Shown here one piece after another: positions 32,963 to 38,514 of a stretch of DNA of 38,514 nt. The DNA lies in the IMG/VR virus record IMGVR_UViG_2595698887_000001; one strand, written 5' to 3'. The DNA comes from a virus. Its lineage: Duplodnaviria > Heunggongvirae > Uroviricota > Caudoviricetes. A program made the position numbers and the translations under genes. The notes beneath the pieces are model-generated. The model saw only the letters and a list, made by a program, of their open reading frames with translations, did no database searches and had not been told where the DNA came from. Each line of letters opens with the position of its first letter. Position 1 is the first letter of the stretch.

Positions 32963-33538
32963 AGAGACATTCACACAAATATAACCAAGTCAAGAGCAAA
33001 TCGTGCTGTAACAGACGTAAACTGTCGCATTGCTAATAGTTGCACCTGTAATCATTAGTTTCGTTGCGTTATCATCATGCAATCATCGTGCCAAAAACTC
33101 GATGGGGTCTCGTGGTCAGACCTCTCAGATATTTTGTAAAGATCCTTGACAACCCGGAGGGCCTGTGATTGTCCGTCTAACACATCAGACATAGAGATTG
33201 CGCCCAGGAACACCCTGTCCCTTGGCCTTGCCCCTTCAGGATATTTTCGTGCCAGAACACATAAAGAGAGGGGCCTGTTTACGTTTCCCTCCGGGCGGGG
33301 GAGGGGGTGGGTTTTAGTTAGTGATGAGCCACTGATAAGGCGATATGTTTATACCATCGACATATTGTGGGGTATATGTTTATAGCACCGTAGGTGTTTG
33401 CCTTTGGCAAAGGGCTTTGCCCCGTAATGTTTATGAAATGGCGTTTTATCGACATGACAAGATGTTAACAGTTTGTACACTGCTTCGCGCAGGGGTGGTG
33501 TTTGTATCCTCCAGCTTCAGGAGATGTGGCTTACACAA

Positions 33539-33567
33539 AGCATAACAGGGCTGACTCTTCAGGTCAA
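33539..33567 (-). promoter_or_regulatory. sigma70 promoter facing non-coding DNA
   Basis: TTGACC-17-TATGCT; shares TTGACCTGAAG with the 34529-34557 promoter. Confidence 0.7.
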
Positions 33568-33587
33568 CCCTTTTGTGGTGTTGGGTG

Positions 33588-33941
33588 TTAATATCTCTCG
33601 TTAGAGCATTCGCACCACGGGAATATTTGGTGTAGTCGTTTTGCAATGACCTTCTCAAGGTATGTTGTGCAACGATAGAAATGCTTCTGAATATCAGAAT
33701 TCTCAAGTTCTGAGTTGTCCTCTGCATGATACACAAGGTCACTCCACAGGAATCCGTTCATCCAGGTTGTGTACTGTTTGATAGCCAGACGCAGGTCCAG
33801 TGGGAATTTCTCAACCACCTCTTCGTCATCTGTTGTGACAAGATACCAAGTCCTCCCGTCCTTTGATATACGGATCACTTCAGGATTCTGGTAATCTGCG
33901 TATACACGAATATGACGTGCCTCGTTAAAGTCTTTGATCAT
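33588..33941 (-). CDS. hypothetical protein
   Basis: 117 aa; AAGGAG RBS. Confidence 0.65.
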   Translation of the reverse strand: MIKDFNEARHIRVYADYQNPEVIRISKDGRTWYLVTTDDEEVVEKFPLDLRLAIKQYTTWMNGFLWSDLVYHAEDNSELENSDIQKHFYRCTTYLEKVIAKRLHQIFPWCECSNERY

Positions 33942-33950
33942 GTGTTCTCC

Positions 33951-34190
33951 TTATTTGGCGAGATGTGTTGTTTGGTAACGGATATAGTCTGGTGAATGCT
34001 CCCGCTTCCATTTCTCAATTCCCTTCAGGCAATCCTGCTCCGAGGAGAATTTTAATTCATGCCAGATCCCGTGGTCTGCCTTTGGGATGTGATTCCACAC
34101 AGACCAGAAGAAAAGAAATGGAACCTTGACATAGGCGTACCACTCACCTGTGGCTGTGTCGTGAACTATCTTGAACTCATGTTTTTTCAT
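33951..34190 (-). CDS. hypothetical protein
   Basis: 79 aa; AAGGAG RBS. Confidence 0.65.
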   Translation of the reverse strand: MKKHEFKIVHDTATGEWYAYVKVPFLFFWSVWNHIPKADHGIWHELKFSSEQDCLKGIEKWKREHSPDYIRYQTTHLAK

Positions 34191-34200
34191 TGTGTTCTCC

Positions 34201-34383
34201 TTATAAAATCATGGTTACAACCACAGCCTGTTGTGTGGTCAACAGCATGGCAGTATTGGTGGTTCCTGAACCGGAAGATGGTGTGTCGTCATCGTCGTCA
34301 TCGTTACTCAAAAACACCCAGAGGGCCAATCCGATAAGGACCGCAACAACCAACAGCAGGACCATAAACACTACAATTTCCAT
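34201..34383 (-). CDS. membrane protein with poly-Asp linker
   Basis: N-terminal TM then NDDDDDD. Confidence 0.65.
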   Translation of the reverse strand: MEIVVFMVLLLVVAVLIGLALWVFLSNDDDDDDTPSSGSGTTNTAMLLTTQQAVVVTMIL

Positions 34384-34385
34384 AG

Positions 34386-34499
34386 TTAATCCTTCTCAGC
34401 CACTGGTCCAACAGCTATGTACAGCATCATCCCGACAGGGATAAGGATCAGGATTGATGCAACAAGCGTACCCAGCAATAAGAAACCTGTGTCGTCCAT
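34386..34499 (-). CDS. 37-aa single-TM peptide
   Basis: MDDTGFLLLGTLVASILILIPVGMMLYIAVGPVAEKD; GAGGAG RBS. Confidence 0.6.
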   Translation of the reverse strand: MDDTGFLLLGTLVASILILIPVGMMLYIAVGPVAEKD

Positions 34500-34528
34500 A
34501 AAATTCTCCTCGTGTAATTGATAGAAGG

Positions 34529-34557
34529 AGTATAATCGACCTGACACTTCAGGTCAA
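34529..34557 (-). promoter_or_regulatory. sigma70 promoter with embedded hairpin
   Basis: TTGACC-17-TATACT; GACCTGA-N4-TCAGGTC. Confidence 0.8.
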
Positions 34558-34582
34558 GGGGAATTGATGTGCCACTTTAGAT

Positions 34583-34611
34583 AAAAGAAAAGGAGCCTCT
34601 TCAGGCTCCCT
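34583..34611 (-). terminator. intrinsic terminator
   Basis: GGAGCC-N6-GGCTCC followed by a T run on the minus strand. Confidence 0.6.
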
Positions 34612-34622
34612 TATTGTGTGGG

Positions 34623-35051
34623 TCAAATGTTTCGTACTGCGATCAGCGTAGGGACATACGTACATGTTGGGGAGTACGGAGTGTCCTTCCTGCTGAGTTG
34701 CGTTCTGCAAAGATCAGCATGAGATTGTGTGTTGACTTCTACTCTGTCGTAGAACGGATATCCGCTACACATGTACGGGCGATCCTCATACATCGAGCAC
34801 TTGTTGTCTTTCAGTTTTGTGCAGGTAAAGTAGCTGGTGAAATGCTTTGTTCCACGGGCAACTTCCTCACGACCTGTAACAACCAAAGGGTTCCGTTTGT
34901 AGGCCTCATCCCTGGAGAGGGGCTTCATCATCTCTCCGTGGATAGCAGAAACTCTCCCGGTGCGAACCTTCTCGTGGAACTCCTCGTGCGTGATGTTATC
35001 TATGGCAATGACCTCACAACAGGCACTGCAATTATGGCAATGTTTTATCAT
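34623..35051 (-). CDS. YkgJ/CxxCxxCC-family Zn/Fe-chelating protein
   Basis: CHNCSACC...CTKL...CSMYEDRPYMCSGYPF. Confidence 0.8.
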   Translation of the reverse strand: MIKHCHNCSACCEVIAIDNITHEEFHEKVRTGRVSAIHGEMMKPLSRDEAYKRNPLVVTGREEVARGTKHFTSYFTCTKLKDNKCSMYEDRPYMCSGYPFYDRVEVNTQSHADLCRTQLSRKDTPYSPTCTYVPTLIAVRNI

Positions 35052-35336
35052 TTATAGCCTCATCCAGGTTTGGTAGTCGGCTTCTGCGTAGTGGTCATCC
35101 CTTGCAACCTTTTGTGGTGGAGCAGGGTTCTTTGCAGCAGCTTCCATTATGCCCCGTGGGTCTGGGTCTTCAATCAGGCCTTTGTGTTCATCACAGGCGT
35201 AATGTTTGTACCAGTCACGCATACGCCAGGGTGGTGCATACCTCGTCATAACCGTGCAGCGTCTACGAATGCCAAGGGCCTTGCAGAATTTGCAGTAGGT
35301 TATGGGTTTGCATCTTTTCAGTGGGATATCTTTCAT
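35052..35336 (-). CDS. Cys-rich hypothetical protein
   Basis: 94 aa from MKDIPL; CKFC, ACDEH. Confidence 0.6.
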   Translation of the reverse strand: MKDIPLKRCKPITYCKFCKALGIRRRCTVMTRYAPPWRMRDWYKHYACDEHKGLIEDPDPRGIMEAAAKNPAPPQKVARDDHYAEADYQTWMRL

Positions 35337-35338
35337 GG

Positions 35339-35530
35339 TCACCCCGAAAATGGGTTGAAGAGTACACACATTGCGAAGTTGAAGAGTGTCAGCAATTGTA
35401 CGGGCAACATCCACCACCGGAAGCCTTCAGGGAAAAACTGCACCATGCTTCTCATCCCCACCAACTCGAAGTTTAGGCGCACGGCAACCACAAACCACAA
35501 TACCCAAAGCACAACCATTAATGCTGACAT
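35339..35530 (-). CDS. small membrane protein
   Basis: 63 aa; two TM segments. Confidence 0.6.
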   Translation of the reverse strand: MSALMVVLWVLWFVVAVRLNFELVGMRSMVQFFPEGFRWWMLPVQLLTLFNFAMCVLFNPFSG

Positions 35531-35943
35531 TTATTTTTCTCCTCCTCTAATACCATAAAGCGAATGCTGTCCTTAAACCTCTGCATGGATTCTTTGTTGC
35601 TTGAGCTTTCCATGAACTCTTCCATGATATCGTCCAGACGTTCCTTGTGTTTGTCGTCCATCATAAAGAACAGATAGTCATCCCTTGAACGCATACGGCT
35701 CATTGAGTATCGGAAGTTCTCATAGGTCAGGTTTGCACCTTCTTCAATAATGATGCCGCCGAACTGAAAAGCACAGATCGTCATACGGAGTTCAAGAGCA
35801 TCACTGACGAACAAGTAGGCTCTCAGATCCTTTTGTCTGCGATAGAGTTCTGCTTGTGAAATGCCGCCCTCTTTGTAAACAACCAGGAATCTTCCATGAC
35901 GATCATGGAGGAAGTAGTCATTAAGTTTGTCGTAGTCAATCAT
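35518..35943 (-). CDS. hypothetical protein
   Basis: 141 aa. Confidence 0.65.
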   Translation of the reverse strand: MIDYDKLNDYFLHDRHGRFLVVYKEGGISQAELYRRQKDLRAYLFVSDALELRMTICAFQFGGIIIEEGANLTYENFRYSMSRMRSRDDYLFFMMDDKHKERLDDIMEEFMESSSNKESMQRFKDSIRFMVLEEEKNKCQH

Positions 35944-35952
35944 ATCTGGTCC

Positions 35953-36342
35953 TTATAAGAAATCCCAGGCATCATTCCAGCCTTCATCGTATTCCGTCTT
36001 CACAACACCAAGTGGGCCTCGATAACCGTCTGGTGGTACTGGTCCGGTGTGGTGTTTAATACTGTCGTTCCAGCCACTGGCATATTCCTCAGACCGCTCT
36101 CCCTCGTAGAGGTGGGTAGTCTCATAAGCCTTCTGGATTTTCTGAAGGGCAGCAATCAGTTTTGGAAGATCCGAAACATCACACAACAGGATAAAATCGT
36201 CCTCATCTTTCCTGTCAGCAGAGTAGTTTGGTTGACTGAGGCTCACAGTCCGGTGAGAAGGGGAATAAACCCCCGTTCCGGTAATGGTCACATCCGCGAC
36301 AGTTCCTTCAATGGCCTTGATCGGATCATCCGTTATTCTCAT
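35953..36342 (-). CDS. hypothetical protein
   Basis: 129 aa from MRITDD; GGGAG RBS; repeated GWND motif. Confidence 0.65.
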   Translation of the reverse strand: MRITDDPIKAIEGTVADVTITGTGVYSPSHRTVSLSQPNYSADRKDEDDFILLCDVSDLPKLIAALQKIQKAYETTHLYEGERSEEYASGWNDSIKHHTGPVPPDGYRGPLGVVKTEYDEGWNDAWDFL

Positions 36343-36565
36343 CTTTATCTCCCGAAAGAAGGATGAAATCCACAGCCGCATTCCATCCGGAACAGTACGG
36401 ATCAATACCACGGAGTTTTCCAGCATTGCTCTTGATGTTGTGCCTTTCGATAAGGCAGGCGCACCAACCAGCCCCCGCTTCAATCATCTCAGAAGTTAAC
36501 TGGAACCGAGTCTGGTGTATCCACCACGCCTGGAACTCTTTAGTGTGCATATCGAGAGTATTCAT
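36326..36565 (-). CDS. hypothetical protein
   Basis: 79 aa; GWNAA motif. Confidence 0.6.
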   Translation of the reverse strand: MNTLDMHTKEFQAWWIHQTRFQLTSEMIEAGAGWCACLIERHNIKSNAGKLRGIDPYCSGWNAAVDFILLSGDKDENNG

Positions 36566-36789
36566 ACCGTGTACTCCACGTTGATATCACTCAACTGCAC
36601 TTCCATTTCCGCACGGATGGTAACAATCTTCGCATTACGAAGACAGACCGCAGGAACGTAACCCGTGTAATTGATCAGGCCAGTTTCACACACCAGGTAG
36701 GGGTATCCGTCGAAGAGGAACCCTTCACCAGGCTCAAGTTCCCCGATAGTTGCTTTGGTTTTGTTCTTTTGTGTCACGTTAACTTTCAT
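36562..36789 (-). CDS. hypothetical protein
   Basis: 75 aa; GGAG RBS. Confidence 0.65.
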   Translation of the reverse strand: MKVNVTQKNKTKATIGELEPGEGFLFDGYPYLVCETGLINYTGYVPAVCLRNAKIVTIRAEMEVQLSDINVEYTV

Positions 36790-36797
36790 CTTTTCTC

Positions 36798-36974
36798 CTA
36801 TGTCCTCATCAATAATCTAAAGTGGGCGCGGGTAGCAAATACGATTTCATAATCGCGGTTTTTGTACATATGTTCAGCCACTTCTTTAGCACCGTGCTTC
36901 GTGGCCCAGATACCCATGAGCAGACCATTAATGCAAATGGCGTGGGGCAGGTAATCACTGGCAGGTTTACTCAT
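36798..36974 (-). CDS. hypothetical protein (below cutoff)
   Basis: MSKPASDYLPH..., 58 aa; ATGA coupling. Confidence 0.55.
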   Translation of the reverse strand: MSKPASDYLPHAICINGLLMGIWATKHGAKEVAEHMYKNRDYEIVFATRAHFRLLMRT

Positions 36975-37171
36975 TTCAGGATCTCCGGCGTTGGTATAAA
37001 TTTAGAAACGTCCTTCCCACAGTTGTCACAGAGGAACCTTTTCCCACCAGAGACAACCTTGTTACTCGATGTCCCATACGGGACACCGTTGAAGTCTACC
37101 GTCAGGTCGTACCTCTCGGTGATGACAGTCGTTGCGGAGTCACACCCACAGTGAGGGCAGGAATCAATCAT
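36971..37171 (-). CDS. zinc-ribbon protein
   Basis: CPHCG...CDNCG. Confidence 0.65.
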   Translation of the reverse strand: MIDSCPHCGCDSATTVITERYDLTVDFNGVPYGTSSNKVVSGGKRFLCDNCGKDVSKFIPTPEILK

Positions 37172-37343
37172 CTGGAAATCGCCGTTTCAGTTCACGCTCT
37201 GCACACTCAATCCACTTACGAACCTGGCTACGGCCTTTTATGGCCTCCGGTTCTGGGTGGTCAATAAGGAATCGCCTTCCGTGTTCAACATGTTGTCGGA
37301 GAGCTTCGTCATCCATATCTTTTACATAATCTTCATGTGTCAT
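37164..37343 (-). CDS. hypothetical protein (below cutoff)
   Basis: MTHEDYVKDM..., 59 aa; GAGG RBS. Confidence 0.6.
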   Translation of the reverse strand: MTHEDYVKDMDDEALRQHVEHGRRFLIDHPEPEAIKGRSQVRKWIECAERELKRRFPDD

Positions 37344-37352
37344 TTTGTATCC

Positions 37353-37454
37353 TCAGCTTGTAAAGAAAATAAAGAAGCCCCAGACAACACTCCCAACGGC
37401 AAAGGCCATGACGAAGTACAGGAAGCACAAGAGGTACTCGCTCATCGGCTTCAT
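37353..37454 (-). CDS. 33-aa single-TM peptide
   Basis: MKPMSEYLLCFLYFVMAFAVGSVVWGFFIFFTS; ATGA coupling. Confidence 0.55.
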   Translation of the reverse strand: MKPMSEYLLCFLYFVMAFAVGSVVWGFFIFFTS

Positions 37455-37591
37455 GATAATGCTGCCGCCAGGATGAGCAACCAAACACAAATAAATGACA
37501 CTACACACATAATCACCCCAAGTACGCCGTACAGGTACTGAGTGTCAGCCATCTTTTTCGTTTTTGGTGTGTTCCAGCGATGAGCTTTCAT
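37451..37591 (-). CDS. 46-aa single-TM peptide
   Basis: MKAHRW...YLYGVLGVIMCVVSFICVWLLILAAALS; TGATG coupling. Confidence 0.55.
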   Translation of the reverse strand: MKAHRWNTPKTKKMADTQYLYGVLGVIMCVVSFICVWLLILAAALS

Positions 37592-37758
37592 CAAAATCCC
37601 GCCTCCTGCGCCAGCGCTGTCAGAAATGCTCCAGTCAGGAACCAGTTGAACATGGCGAGGTAAGCATTGAACGAGGACTTACCTTTAATACCGAGGCTGG
37701 TATTGATTACCGCCGCAACGAGGTTCAGGGCGAATGCAATAAGTGTAGCTGTCTGCAT
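37591..37758 (-). CDS. 55-aa two-TM peptide
   Basis: MQTATLIAFALNLVAAVIN...; AGGAG RBS. Confidence 0.6.
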   Translation of the reverse strand: MQTATLIAFALNLVAAVINTSLGIKGKSSFNAYLAMFNWFLTGAFLTALAQEAGF

Positions 37759-37797
37759 GTTTCTTTTCTCCTTTATGGATCTGTTTTGTATGCAAAG

Positions 37798-37826
37798 ATT
37801 TTAAGCCAGTCGTAACTGGCTGTCAA
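37798..37826 (-). promoter_or_regulatory. sigma70 promoter with embedded hairpin
   Basis: TTGACA-17-TAAAAT; AGCCAGT-TACG-ACTGGCT. Confidence 0.75.
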
Positions 37827-37830
37827 GCGA

Positions 37831-38076
37831 TTACCACAAAATAACACGACCCTGTTCGAGGGTTCGTTTCATTCCGAAGATATCGGCATCAATGCACATG
37901 ACAATCACATCCCGATCAAATGCTGACATGCCTTCTTCCCGGTTGGCCTGAGCTTCAGCGGCTAGCGCATCCTCATCTGCACGGTACGCTTCGAGTTCAC
38001 GGATCTCTTTCTCGATCCACTCGCGTTCTTCCTGGGTAATCGGCGTTCCACGACGCTCATCAATAAAAATATTCAT
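37831..38076 (-). CDS. hypothetical protein
   Basis: 81 aa; GAGGG RBS. Confidence 0.65.
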   Translation of the reverse strand: MNIFIDERRGTPITQEEREWIEKEIRELEAYRADEDALAAEAQANREEGMSAFDRDVIVMCIDADIFGMKRTLEQGRVILW

Positions 38077-38173
38077 AAAAACCCTCTTTTAAAAGCGTGT
38101 CATCTCAGATGGCTACGCGTGTTATGAAAATCCCCTATTGGATTTTTGCGGCGCTGCCTGACGGCAGCAAGTA

Positions 38174-38368
38174 TTAACCTAAGCGAACGACTTTGCTTTT
38201 AAAAGCGTCTTTTTTCTTCTCTATCTCAACCCATTTAACAGCCAATTCCTCACGGCTGTGCTGACTAAGTTCAAACCAGAAGGGCCACCACACAGGACGA
38301 AATTGCACCAAAAACAACTCGTTCCCACCACCGCTAATGGCTGTGATGATGCGATATTTGTACTTCAT
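38174..38368 (-). CDS. hypothetical protein
   Basis: 64 aa; GAGGAG RBS. Confidence 0.65.
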   Translation of the reverse strand: MKYKYRIITAISGGGNELFLVQFRPVWWPFWFELSQHSREELAVKWVEIEKKKDAFKSKVVRLG

Positions 38369-38481
38369 CGATCTCTCCTCTTAGATTCATGTGCCAAAAC
38401 AACCCACGCCCAGAAGGGCAGGCCTCTCAAACCAACACCTACCATCACGAGAAGGAAGATGATTGTTAAAATTGTGTCCAT
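38365..38481 (-). CDS. 38-aa single-TM peptide
   Basis: MDTILTIIFLLVMVGVG...; AAGGAG RBS; ATGA coupling. Confidence 0.6.
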   Translation of the reverse strand: MDTILTIIFLLVMVGVGLRGLPFWAWVVLAHESKRRDR

Positions 38482-38514
38482 AGTGTCTCCTTTTATTGTC
38501 TAAGAGGAGCGTAA

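Noticed and set aside
33298-33305. KOPS GGGNAGGG near dif (also at 2742 and 17099)
   Set aside because: The nearest copy points away from dif, and the count is near chance level
20378-33532. phiTE-style pseudo-ToxI tandem repeats
   Set aside because: No tandem ~36-nt repeat was seen by eye
32656-33545. Short ORFs in the right non-coding region
   Set aside because: No RBS; they overlap Fur-like and other regulatory motifs
1-38514. tRNA, rRNA, integrase or transposase genes
   Set aside because: No cloverleaf, rRNA or recombinase/transposase motifs were recognised

Overview
This window is part of a large lytic myovirus genome of an enterobacterial host. The gene set (rIIA, SleB-type hydrolase, Rnl2-like ligase, macro domain, Srd-like, MoxR AAA/VWA) fits the rV5/PVP-SE1-like group; that placement is inference. 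No structural genes, tRNAs or CRISPR arrays are visible. Layout: (1) 1-13.6 kb, a leftward accessory/nucleotide-metabolism operon; (2) 13.7-20.4 kb, a rightward block; (3) 20.4-33.5 kb, an early/host-takeover island of about 30 small ORFs, most behind their own near-consensus sigma70 promoter with a GC-rich hairpin and an AGGTAA-type RBS, bounded by about 0.85 kb and 1.75 kb of non-coding DNA; (4) 33.6-38.5 kb, leftward small ORFs. The most striking signal is non-coding. It includes a 28-bp XerCD dif site with both arms identical to E. coli dif (32935-32962) and three diverged ~205-bp modules with identical 79/177-bp internal spacing carrying tandem ARG-box-like arrays. There are also six Fur-box-like sites, a perfect FNR consensus, twin promoter-led elements in inverted orientation, a multibranch stem-loop element, and roughly 3-fold GATC enrichment confined to the island. 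Together these suggest a host-factor landing pad around the early region. Motif matches were read by eye and functions are hypotheses. Several CDS starts were moved from the ORF track to RBS-supported codons.
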